From: Macrostomum hystrix
Taxonomy: Eukaryota > Animalia > Platyhelminthes
Length of the DNA stretch: 64,000 nt
NCBI GenBank assembly: GCA_950097015.1
Contig: CATNEN010000027.1
Location: 1 to 64,000, forward strand
Reading direction: 5' to 3'
A program made the translations under genes and the position numbers. Positions 23,601 through 33,944 of the stretch are shown piece after piece; the stretch's first letter is position 1, and each line of letters begins with the position of its first letter. The notes below the pieces were generated by a model that made no database searches, was not told the DNA's origin, and was given only the letters and a program-made list of their open reading frames with translations.

Positions 23601-26600
23601 TTACTGTCTCATGCTTGATGCATTGACGGCAAGTGTGCGTGTTACAACCGAGAACTCTGGTGACCCCTCTGCGACAATGAACTGTTTTTCGCGTTTCCTT
23701 CACATTTCGCTCGCAGCGACCATGCCGCAAATGCCAGCTAGTGTGATACCAGACCTTGAATCTATTATTTTGACAGACAGGGTCGGATGTACTGGGCCGA
23801 GGACAGCAGCAGACGCGGTAACCATAGTCCTCGCGTTTTTTGCATCCGCAGTTCTTAAGCGAATAACTGACGTACGTAATGCGCTGCCGGCAAGATGCTC
23901 GGTTGCATTTAGCAACACTCTTATCAGGTCGTGGACACCTAACACACGAGCTCGCTTGACTATTGTGCGCAACACACACTCGTCGCTTGCTGTTGTATGT
24001 GTATCTTGTCGCCCTCTTGACCCAACAGTTTCTCTCGCAGCGCACATTGTGATGAGGTCGCTTATTGCAGCAGCAAGGTCTTACATAACGATTGCGAATT
24101 ATACGTTGGCAGCGGCAGTGCGGTCTGACGACAACGCTCACAATCGTGTGTACAGGCTGGAGACACTTGACGCGGTCGCATCTAGAGCAGATTTAATTGT
24201 TTAGGGTCACCGGTTTGATCCCTTATATCCTTTGTGTTAAGACAAATATTAATCGATTGCACTACTCACCTTCCTATTTTGATTTCAGGTCTCTGATCGC
24301 AGCTCCAACGGCGCAGATGACGCTGACTAGTGCGTCGAACACACTTCCAGTTGTGCAGCTGATAAAAGATGCGCTTCTCGTATATGCTGCTGAGCTTGCA
24401 GAATCTTTCGAATCGAGGTTTAGTCAGACAACAGCAGGTGCGCTTCTTGCCAGTAAGACTTTGCCTTTTCTGACAGAGGCACCGCTTGGCCGCATAGTAT
24501 GTAACCTAGAGATCGCAAGAGCGAAACCGTTCGAACTTTGAAGTACATGGTAGTGAAATAGCAATCTGTATTTATAGTCAATAAGCCAGAAAAATATGTA
24601 CCTGTTGTTGACTATGGCAAGAGCGAGGATTGCACTTAAGCCACTTGTATGTTTTTCTTGAGGAACAGTGCACCCTTTCGCGCCGTCTCGTGACCCATTT
24701 ACGGCAGCCGCAGCCACGTCCGGTTAGCGGGGCGTGGTGCGTAAACACTCTCTCCCATTCGTCATCACGAGCGCAGTAGCGATTGTTGGATCCCTTGGCG
24801 CAGCAGCAAGGGCAGCGACGCCTCTTGACGACAGCGAAGTAGCAGGCGCATTTGCTCGGTTGCAATCGCTGCTCCAGTGTATAGTGATAGCGGTGACAGC
24901 CGTGACAGCTGGTGAAGCGGTCCCGCAGCACGCGACGGCAATGGACCCGTTGGCTGTGCTTCACAACCTTCTTGTAACAGCGCGCGTTTCTTAGAATGAA
25001 CCGCACCGACTCGGTGACCCAGTGACCGGTCTTGCAATAGCGGCGCTTGTAACCCTTCGGGCAGCGGCAGCGAATGTGCCGAGTAATATAGCGCTTGGTC
25101 TTACACCTGTGATGCTTCATGTCCCAGCGACGAATTTCAATCACCTCACGGCGAGTGTATCCATTTCGCGGACACTTATACTGTCGGATCACTCTCTTAC
25201 AGTCTGAAAGGCAATTGTTCGATTTTTACACTGACGATAAAGACAATGCGGATCGCAAAAACTATCATCAACAATTAAATTTGCTTACGGCAGTTTCGCT
25301 TCTTCTTCAACTCCCTGCGCACACATTTGCAGTCCTTACGAACGTAATAAACTTTGGTCTCAACGTAGTACTTGTTCTTGATACACTTGCTGTTGACGTA
25401 TTTTGCCTTGATGCGACACACTAACACGGGTGGGTTTCTTCATGTAGTTATACACGCATGTTACACTTATCAGTAATTTTATAAAGCAATTCAACTCACA
25501 AACTCTATGACTGGTGCTTCTCTTTCGTGTCACGCAAACGCCTTTACGGTTGCTCCACTTTCTTGTTATCAGAACACTGACAATCTTGCCTTGCACCTTT
25601 TTGCAATAGCGCTGACGCTCGATTCGCTTTCCATAGCAGCCGCACTTCACATGGTAGCGTTTAACAAGCCTGACGCAGCGGCAGTTCCTCTTCACTGAGT
25701 AGTGTTTCAGCAACAGCTGCTTGTGCCTGGCTTCATCGCAGTTGCGCTTCTCCACATAGGCTTTGGGGCAGCGGAAGCTGCGATAGGACTTCCTGGAACG
25801 CTTGACGCACTTGCCAAGCACCAGCACGTAGTAGAATCGCTCCTTGCCCTTCAGATTTCTGCGCTTGTCGCAGAAAGGCCTAACAGTTTTCTTTACTCGC
25901 TTGTTTTCTCGGTGACAATCTGCAAAGAAGCATTGATTTACTCAGGTTACTCCGGTGTGCGCACACATACCTTTTTAACAGTACAAAGACCACGAGCTAT
26001 TTCAGATACCCACCCTATCTACTTTGCACCCGCATTCGTATTACAGCGAATATTATCGACATGATTTACTCACTGCATCTGTGACGCTTGTCGTGCACCG
26101 ACCAGACTAAAACACAATTGCACTTCTTTGGCCGCATGTAGCCGAAATAGACTATCTTCACTCCAGTCTTGCGATTGCACACTGTCTTCGCGCGGATGCT
26201 GCTGGAGCAGCTCACTCGGTTTCTCTCCGTGCGACTCCTCTTCAGGCAGTGTCCGTTCGACAGGACCCAGTAGGTGATTTTCTTTTCGAACGCGTTCAGC
26301 CTGGGATTGCAGTAGCTTCGACCAGCTACCGGCTTAGGGCATTCTGAAGATTTTATTAAATATTGATTAACGTTTTAGTGTACGGTTGATTCAAGCCTTC
26401 TCGAAGTTTCGGTATGTGAGTTTAAGAAAAATAGATGAAGGTTTCAGCAGTGGTCACTCACTGCAGCGAAGACGCTTGGATGACTTTCGGAGCAGGCACT
26501 TGCAGCCCTTCTGCTGATACCACTGCTTGTAGTGAGTAATGACGCCGGAATGCTTGTTGCAGTGCTTCCAGACTTTGACAGCGCGACTACAACGGACTGG

Positions 26601-29600
26601 AACGCGGCGATCGCGCACGTGACGAACACATCGAGTGCAGCCGTGCAGGCTCCAGGTGACATGGCGCGTGACTTGATCTCGCTTCACTGCGTCACAAAAG
26701 TAACTCTTGCTCGGCTTGTAGCAGTATTTCCTGCAAGTTCGCTTAGTAATGCGAACACGGCATTTGCAGTTCGAGACGTACCAGTGGTAGGTGGCCAAGT
26801 AGTAGTAGCCCACCTTCGGGTGGCCAACCTTCTTAGTCTCAGTTTTCTTCAGGCAGCGCACTCGCTTGCTGCTAGAATCGAACACGCGGTGGCACTTGTG
26901 TGACCTGAGCACATAGTAGCTGACCTGCTGCATCTGGAAGTGATTGTCCTTGCACCAGTTCTTAACCCGCCTCTCGGGCCGGCAGCAGCAACGGAAGTTC
27001 AGTCGCTTAAAAATGTGCTCGCGGCAGCTCTTGCCATAAGCCTTGTAATAGTAAAACTCCTTCGAGAATGAGCATTGCCGACCGCAGTTCTTGGAGGTGC
27101 AGCCCCTCGGACACCTCGTCAATCTGGTGTATTTTCCGCCTCGGCAGCCGCACATCTCCTTTACTGTCCTCGTCGCGCGCTCGCAGACGCAGCTGCCCAA
27201 GCGTCGCCGGTAAAAGTGGAACTCAACGCGCCTGTAACGGACATTGCCAAACAGGATGTGGCACGGACCTGGCACTCGCTTCACGTCACGTCTGCACTCT
27301 GAAGTTGAGAACAAATTTTTAAGTGTGAGAGTCGTTTGAACTGCTTATTGAAACTGAGAATCACCATAAGTCACAAGCCGAACTTACTGATATTAACCCT
27401 TCTCGACGAGACTTTCTTTATGCAATTGTTGCCTTGCTTCACAAACCAGTGCTTGATGAAGATTCGGCTCCCCTTGCGTCCATCGCACTTTACATTCTGA
27501 TAACCTTTCGGGCAGGCGATTCTAATCTTGTGCACTTTTACCTTTCTGTGGCACTTGTAGCGAATCAGAACGTAGGTGACAATGATAAGCTTCTTCCAGT
27601 AACGATCGACACGAACAGTTCTTTTTGATCCAGGTGGACAGCCTAAATCAAGTTGAGAATAGTAAAAGACATTGACATCTATATGACATTTAAACTGCAA
27701 AATCTTTATGACATTTGTAGCCTAGTGGTTAAAGCGTCGGACTCACGACTTAATGGTCTGGGGTTCGATTCCCGACTACACTCAAATAATTTGTATCCTT
27801 TAGCAAGACACTTAACTCTGGATTGCTTCAGTTCACCCAGCTGTTAAATGAATACGAGCTACCAGCATTAGCTAGTGTAAGTGAGTGCGAGTGTGGCGGC
27901 CCCCCAGTCCATGGACTGAACAGCCGAATGCAGCCTTCAGATGCATCGCACAATTAGGTCAGGTGTAATAAGAAAAGAGACAGGAATTTCGCAGAAACTA
28001 CTTACAGCATTTGCCCACTGGTGCAGTTTGTGAATTCTTCGTGCACTTGCAGCCTCGCAAGTGAAAGTAGCTGACATGCTTGTATGCCTTGCATGTTGAT
28101 CTTTGACACGTTTCCCAACTCTTATAGTTCCGCTTGCATTTAATGTACCGCCTGGACTTGTGGTGATAGCGCCAGCAGACACCGCCTTTCAGCTTCCAGC
28201 TAGTTGTCTCAGTTAGGAAGTGGTCTCCCTTGCAAACAGTACCCGACCTGGGCTTGCTGCAGCGGCACATGACCTTCCTGGTGCGAACTAGCCGAGACAG
28301 GCAGCGGCAGTTGTGGGCATAGCGCTGGTAAGTCTTCTGGATGATGTAGTCGCGTTGGTGAGTGCACTTTCCAGTGTGGTAGGTGCCGCCGCATTCTGAA
28401 GTGAATTTCCGAGTGACAATTCTAGCAAAACAATCTCAGCTGTTCATTCGAAATTGTAGTTTTGCTCAATAGACGCAAACTTACTAAGTTTCTGCAGCAC
28501 CCTCTTGTTGGTCACCAGAGCGCATTGTGTACAATGCTTGACAGCCGTGTAAGTTTTGGTGATTCTCACTTTGAGAATGTGGCGCATGCAGCTGGTATAC
28601 GAGACGCTCTTCTGCTTGCCGACTGGTGGGCAATGGCACTTGCGACTCGCCGAGAGCGCAGTGCGAACACACCTGTGCTTGCCATGCTTCTCTCTGTACT
28701 GCAACAGTCGCTTGCCAGTCTGGACACCTTTGCAAAAGTTGCACTTACTCCAGGTGATCTTGGACATGTAGCGACAGGCTGAAATTATTCATTAGTAAAA
28801 AACTCATCCAATATATTTGTGGCAGGGCTGTGGGCATACAAACGCACACAGATGCTGTACGCAAGCACACGCTCACACAGGTGTGTACATCTGCCCTGAC
28901 TTTCTCATCGTCATGCAGTGTAGGCCTTGTAGTGCCTTTGAGGTTGGCCCTCGAGAGCGTAAATTTCATGACAAGCCCCACAAGAATTCTCTCCACAGCT
29001 GAGCCCCAAATGAATGTGGCCTCACCGCGGAATCGAGCTCGCGGACCTTGGTGCGACAGACAAACGTGTTAGACCACAATCCCATTCGACGAAATGAGTA
29101 AGCTAAATGAATCAGGACAGCAAAATGAGACTTACATCCGCACGGATAATATCGAGTCAATGTGCTCTTTCTGCATCTGCCTTTCGAGTCCGCGTACCAG
29201 CGCAGAGCTGTGACCGCCTTGTTCTTGTACTTGTAGGAGCACTTCGAGCTGACTGTGCGCTTCGGTGGGCAGCCTGAAGTATTAGCACAGGCGGAAAATT
29301 GTTCGTAAGTTGTCAATAGGTTGCTTTTTCATTGACGAAAAGAGTCTCAGAGATTTTGTGTACACTCACCGCATTTTTTGGGCTCACATGTGGCCTTGCA
29401 CATGACCCGGTAAAACTTCTTTTGGCATTTACCCTGCGTCTTAATCTTTTCGCACAGCAGTGTGCTAATCTGGTTGCGGCATCGCGGTGTGCACATGCCG
29501 CAGGTGAGCCGACAGAAGCGCCCCATGACTTCCGGGTATCTTCTGCACCGGCCTTGGGCCTTCCAGCTGCGGCACTTGCTGTGGGAAACTCGGTCGATGC

Positions 29601-31472
29601 ACAGCTTGGCCAAGCACTCGCAATGCTTCGGCTTGACGCATTTGCTGCCGTCAAGCACGTAGCCTTTGTTGCAGCGACATCCCTCCGCCTGAGGCAGCTT
29701 GTAGCAGCGTCGTGGAGTGCCAAAGAAATGATTGTCGCAGGTCTTCGGGCAGGGATTGGCTTTGCGACTAAAGTGCTGATGCTGGCCACACTTCATAACT
29801 GCAAGTGGTCAGTAAAATCGAAGCGCATTTCGCAACGGAAGTTAAATTTGCAATATTTGAACTAAACATTAACTCCAAAGAAACTCACGGCAGCCGCTCT
29901 TGTGCCTCCAGGCCAACGGACGGTGGTGCCGGGCGCAGCGTCTTGAGTGCAGGTAGAAATTGGCGCACAGGGCTTTCTTCTGCAGGTCCGGCCGGTACCG
30001 CTGGCTGCAATAGTCGATCATGCAGGGCTCAAGTACTTCAGTGTTGGAGCAGCTGCCGCGGCCGTTAATCACTTTCCTGCAGGCTCCTTCTGCCTCTCGC
30101 CTCTCGTCTCCATGGTGGCATTTGAGCGCACTTGTTTCCTTTCGGCAGTCGCGAATCCAGCCTTTGCGCTTCCACAGTTTGTAGGCGTGGCTCAGCTGGC
30201 CGAACTTGTCGTCATGCCGGATTCCGTTGCAGTTGCCGGCCAGGCCGCTCAGCCGGCCGCGATAGGCGCCACCGAAGCGGAAGGTGCCAGTGAACAAGCC
30301 GTCGAAGGTGACCCAGAAGTCGCAGCGCTTGCTCACCAGGACGAGGTCTTCACCGGAGTAAAAGGCTCGAATCCCGTGCTCGCTGTACGGCAAGTTCACC
30401 GGCTTGCCGTTTTCCTGCGAGTGCGGCCGAATTATTCGATGTGATTTTCGTCCATGTTTTGGTGAAAAGAGAAGTCAGTAAAAGCCTATACAATTTCCTC
30501 GCTGGCTACAGTATCGACTGTCGCCAAATGGTGCGTTAGAACCACTCGGTAAGTGATATGTACAGCTAGAGACAACAACAACAGTCTGTTTCGTAAGTTT
30601 TTAAATACAATTAAGCTCAGACACTCAGGGATGAGTGGCAGGCTGGGTTAACGCGTTTGCGTCTTGCACCAAGGTCCTTGAGCTCGATTTCGCGGCGAGG
30701 CCACATTCATTTGGGGCGCAGCCGCGGAGAGAAAGCTGGGGGCTTGTCGTGCAATTTACGCCCTTGAGGGCCAACCTCCACGGCACAATGAGAGTGTACA
30801 CTGCCTGACGATGAGAAAGTCAGGGCAGTTGTACACACCTGTGTGAGTGTGAGCCTGCGTACTGTATCTGTGAGCGTGTGTACTCAGGAGTCAGGGGAAA
30901 GGGCAGAATTGCCTCCTCGCTGGCTGTTGGTCTAGTGTCACTAAATGGTGTGCCATTGCCCGCAGCCCTCCTGCAATTGCTATCATTATTATTGTTTTTA
31001 TTAAGCTCAGATACTCACCAGCAAGCGCCGTCCACTCAGCAGTTTGAACACCTTGCCGTTAATTACAGCTGTCAGTTTCCGCAACTGCGACAGCTTGTGG
31101 CGGCGATCGTGATGGTGCCCGTGCTTGGACTTGGCGCAGCCGAATGTGGCAAACAGCTCCAGGCGGCAAAGCTGAAGCTGTGATCGAGCCAGCAGGAACT
31201 GGCAACCTCGTGAGTATGTGCTCACATGACCACCATCGAACTGGTAGATGTGGCCATTGGCACCGCCGACACTGCCATAGCATTCTGTACAGTTAATGAG
31301 CAAAGAAACTTTTATTATACTGTCGCGTTCAAGCAGTAAGACAGCATAATTCACATTGAAATGCTGAAACAAAAGTCGAAGGCTTACCCTGCCTAGCGTG
31401 GCCTAATCTCGTTTGTTCGGCCAGTAGGGCCAGTAGTATGAGTACTGCAGCGATGCTCGGAGACCAACCCAT
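11680..31472 (-). CDS. Giant secreted Cys/Lys/Arg-rich multidomain protein (~5,326 aa, 30 exons): SP-vWD-C8-TIL-ShKTx2-(Cys repeats)-vWA-(Cys repeats)-ShKT-PAN-ShKT-(Cys repeats)-ShKT. This copy carries a +1 frameshift at 19268/19269
   Basis: Exons traced by hand (all GT-AG): 31388-31472, 31019-31284, 29889-30414, 29370-29798, 29136-29273, 28485-28778, 28006-28395, 27388-27642, 26462-27298, 26074-26343, 25500-25919, 25289-25420, 24602-25203, 24270-24505, 23277-24181, 22901-23185, 22688-22825, 21422-22597, 20474-21328, 19871-20386, 19478-19774, 17983-19367, 17110-17903, 16757-17023, 16544-16672, 14919-16440, 14120-14832, 13106-14029, 11881-12969, 11680-11786. All phases join, giving 15,981 nt once the extra base is removed. 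The N-terminus MGWSPSIAAVLILLALLAEQTRLGHA is a signal peptide. Confidence 0.85.
12700..12969 (-). other. PAN/Apple domain (mirror ~6342-6610, +). ShKT domains flank it at the end of exon 28 and in exon 29, and another forms exon 30
   Basis: CPKTRVVYAGNFCL...SFDICLRSCRHNRKCRAFDYDHSSRKCTLL...DCILFERVC. ShKT motifs CRDLLPTGICKKW...HLCAMTCHRC, CEDRRAFCKKSKC...HLCNYTCGVC and CRDKIRPIDC...TLCAKTCGYC. Confidence 0.75.
14919..15394 (-). other. vWA domain with degenerate MIDAS (mirror copy 3917-4392, +)
   Basis: ELYLVVDLFGK...RTTLVSYN...STNLCAALGEV...KIVVVITCG...SLFVVGF...LASKP follows the vWA strand/helix pattern. Confidence 0.75.
27717..27945 (+). mobile_element. tRNA-derived SINE with a CORE-like central domain (in intron 7 of the giant gene)
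   Basis: A box TAGCCTAGTGG and B box GGTTCGATTCC, followed by TCCTTTAGCAAGACACTTAAC...CACCCAGCTGTTAAATG. The 3' motif CCCCCAGTCCATGGACTGAACAGC recurs inverted at ~46487-46510. Confidence 0.7.
28810..29075 (-). mobile_element. SINE family 2 copy (intron 5 of the giant gene)
   Basis: Shares GTGTGTACATCTGCCCTGACTTTCTCATCGTC, GAGGTTGGCCCTC and CCCCAAATGAATGTGGCCTC with the 30628-30999 copy, in opposite orientation. Confidence 0.75.
29370..29798 (-). other. TIL domain plus two ShKT domains (exon 4)
   Basis: TIL: CGQHQHFSRKANPCPKTCDN...CYKLPQAEGCRCNKGYVLDGSKCVKPKHC. ShKT: CIDRVSHSKCRSWKAQGRCRRYPEVMGRFCRLTCGMC and CRNQISTLLCEKIKTQGKCQKKFYRVMCKATC. Confidence 0.82.
29889..31284 (-). other. vWD domain followed by C8 domain of the giant protein (exons 2-3)
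   Basis: CYGSVGGANGHIYQFDGGHVSTYSRGCQFLLA...ENGKPVNLPY...FDG...GRLSGLAGNCNG matches the vWD pattern. ACRKVI...CMIDYC...ALCANFYLHSRRCA...WRHKSGC matches C8. Confidence 0.8.
30628..30999 (+). mobile_element. SINE family 2, full length, with an 18-bp target-site duplication
   Basis: Degenerate A and B boxes (TGGCAGGCTGG, GAGCTCGATTT) and an (ATT)n-like tail. Flanked by ATTAAGCTCAGA(C/T)ACTCA at 30610-30627 and 31000-31017. Homologous to the copies at 28810 and 39615. Confidence 0.75.
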
Positions 31473-31530
31473 TGTGAGTCTGTCGCCGAGGAGTCCCTGA
31501 CTTGAGTCTTGGGGGCCGATTTCCCAGTTC

Positions 31531-31538
31531 CTTTTATG
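31531..31538 (-). promoter_or_regulatory. Possible TATA-like box (CATAAAAG) of the giant gene
   Basis: On the minus strand GTGCATAAAAGG lies ~60 nt upstream of the ATG at 31472, with a pyrimidine-A initiator-like motif ~30 nt downstream of it. Confidence 0.35.
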
Positions 31539-32203
31539 CACCAAGTTTTGCTCGACCACCTGGCCAAGCGAATCAACAAAATATTGCTGACATCGAAAGA
31601 ACAAGAACCGCTGGTTTGCGCCGCCACACCATTTGATCTCATGGCTGCGCGCTCATTCCCAAAGCAATATGCCGGCTTCTTGCGAATCCCAGTTTTCCTA
31701 AGCAAGCCAACAGCTGTCAGTCAGCAAGTTTTCCAATTCAATCTCAGCAGTTTTTCTGACCCAATTACTGGATGATTTTGTTTCCAGTGTCGTCTGTTTT
31801 CAAATTCGACTTGTTTTTCCCCTTTTGAGCAGCCGTCAGCTGCTATTCTAATTCGATAAGGTCATAAACTCCAAATTGAATTGTTTATAGATAGATTGTG
31901 CTACATTGAAATCGGCGTTTATTCCTCAAACTAACTCACATTTACCTAAATCGGACTTAATTATGAAACAGTCGCTGATCAATTCTACACAAATCGACTA
32001 ACGAGTTTACATTTATGTCTACTCGAATCTGGTTGGTTCTGATTCTACTCAAGACCAGTCAGATTTATTCTACTCAAATCTACTCACCAGTCTCTGATTG
32101 ATTGTAACCAAATATACTTATCTATATTTACTGAATTATACTCAAATAATTAACTCACTAGTCAGTATTGAATTATAATTACCTAATCTACTCAGCAAAT
32201 ATA

Positions 32204-33515
32204 GCGGCACCCTGAATGTTCAGAGGATAACAGAGGCACCTTGAAGGATTAGGGGATAACAGCGGCACCCTGAAGGATTAGGGGATAACAGCGGCACCCT
32301 GAAGAATTAGGGGATAACAGCGGCACCCTGAAGCATCGGAGGAATACAGCGGCACAATAAAGGATCGGAGGATAACAGCGGCACCCTGAAGGATTAGGGG
32401 ATAACAGCGGCACCCTGAAGGATTAAGGGATAACAGCGGCACCCTGTAGGATTAAGGGATAACAGCGGCACCCTGAAGAATTAGGGGATAACAGTGGCAC
32501 CCTGAAGGATCGGAGGATAACAGCGGCACCCTGAAGGATTAGGGGATAACAGCGGCACCCTGAATGTTTAGAGGATAGCAGAGGCACCCTGAAGGATTAG
32601 GGGATAACAGCGGCACCCTGAATGTTTAGAGGATAGCAGAGGCACCCTGAAGGATTAGGGGATAACAGCGGCACCCTGAATGTTTAGAGGATAGCAGAGG
32701 CACCCTGAAGGATTAGGGGATAACAGCGGCACCCTGAAGCATCGGAGGAATACAGCGGCACAATAAAGGATCGGAGGATAACAGCGGCACCCTGAAGGAT
32801 TAAGGGATAACAGCGGCACCCTGTAGGATTAAGGGATAACAGCGGCACCCTGAAGAATTAGGGGATAACAGCGGCACCCTGAAGGATTAGGGGATAACAG
32901 CGGCACCCTGAATGTTTAGAGGATAGCAGAGGCACCCTGAAGGATTAGGGGATAACAGCGGCACCCTGAATGTTTAGAGGATAGCAGAGGCACCCTGAAG
33001 GATTAGGGGATAACAGCGGCACCCTGAAGCATCGGAGGAATACAGCGGCACAATAAAGGATCGGAGGATAACAGCGGCATTCTGAAGGATTAAGGGATAA
33101 CAGCGGCACCCTGTAGGATTAAGGGATAACAGCGGCACCCTGAAGAATTAGGGGATAACAGCGGCACCCTGAAGGATTAGGGGATAACAGCGGCACCCTG
33201 AATGTTTAGAGGATAGCAGAGGCACCCTGAAGGATTAGGGGATAACAGTGGCACCCTGAATGTTTAGAGGATAGCAGAGGCACCCTGAAGGATTAGGGGA
33301 TAACAGCGGCACCCTGAAGGATCGGAGGATAACAGCGGCACCCTGAAGGATCGGAGGATAACAGCGGCACCCTGAAGGATCTGAGGATAACAGCGGCACC
33401 CTGAAGGATCGGAGGATAACAGCGGCACCCTGAAGGATCGGAGGATAACAGCGGCACCCTGAAGGAACGGAGGATAACAGCGGCACCCTGAAGGATCGGA
33501 GGATAACAGTGGCAC
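32204..33515. repeat. 29-bp minisatellite (GATAACAGCGGCACCCTGAAGGATTAGGG) with higher-order blocks
   Basis: About 45 units. A diagnostic variant (AAGCATCGGAGGAATAC...CACAATAAAGG) recurs at 32331, 32737 and 33027, spacings of 14 and 10 units. Confidence 0.95.
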
Positions 33516-33827
33516 CGTGTATACACTGTAAAATATACCGTATCACCGTATTGTATCATTGACAGGATTTAGATTAAATCTTATGACTTGACCTAATATA
33601 CACAGGGACGCAGATTGAATCTTTTGCTCAAAGCCTTACATGCGGTTTCCACTGGCATTATAGTCACAGTCCACGATATTACTTTCAGAGGGGTACGAAA
33701 ACGAGGAAGGAAGGAAGGAGGAAGGAAATAGGAAGGAACGGGGAGGAACGGGATGTTAAAAGTGAAGATCGAGGGAAACAAAAATAACCGGCTCAGATTG
33801 GCACTCCATTCCATTCTTTCCTCCATG

Positions 33828-33944
33828 GCCAAGACCCGAAATGAGGCTTGAGCAGCAAAAATAAAATTGTGTGCTAATAGCTACGTGTAGGCACTAAAGC
33901 GAACATCGGTCTCCATCATCTTGTGATTAGCGGAAGGGCTAACA
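33828..33944 (+). mobile_element. Partial solo LTR (3' half) of the same family as 9192-9395
   Basis: GCCAAGACCCGAAATGAGGCTTGAGCAGCAAAAATAAAATTG...GGAAGGGCTAACA matches the reverse complement of ~9192-9308 with a few mismatches. Confidence 0.85.

Noticed and set aside
25924-26073. Possible extra micro-exon in intron 10 of the giant gene (Cys-containing reading WVSEIARGLCTVKK)
   Set aside because: The acceptor context is weak, the phase does not fit, and the flanking exons already join in frame without it.
27711-27785. Possible tRNA gene
   Set aside because: A and B boxes are present, but the acceptor and anticodon stems do not pair and the sequence runs into a SINE body.
112-30444. Many Ala/Thr/Val/Ser-rich ORFs antisense to or overlapping the giant gene (e.g. 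4432-4986, 6563-7093, 23557-24204, 29332-29865, 29947-30444)
   Set aside because: They are shadows of the biased Cys/Lys/Arg codon usage (TGC gives GCA on the other strand). They have no domains or splice logic of their own.
11680-31472. Identification as the known Macrostomum adhesive protein Mlig-ap1
   Set aside because: Size, K/R richness and vWD-C8-TIL are similar, but I see no C-type lectin domain or Cys-poor low-complexity KR blocks. This protein is Cys-rich throughout. No gene symbol was assigned without a database search.
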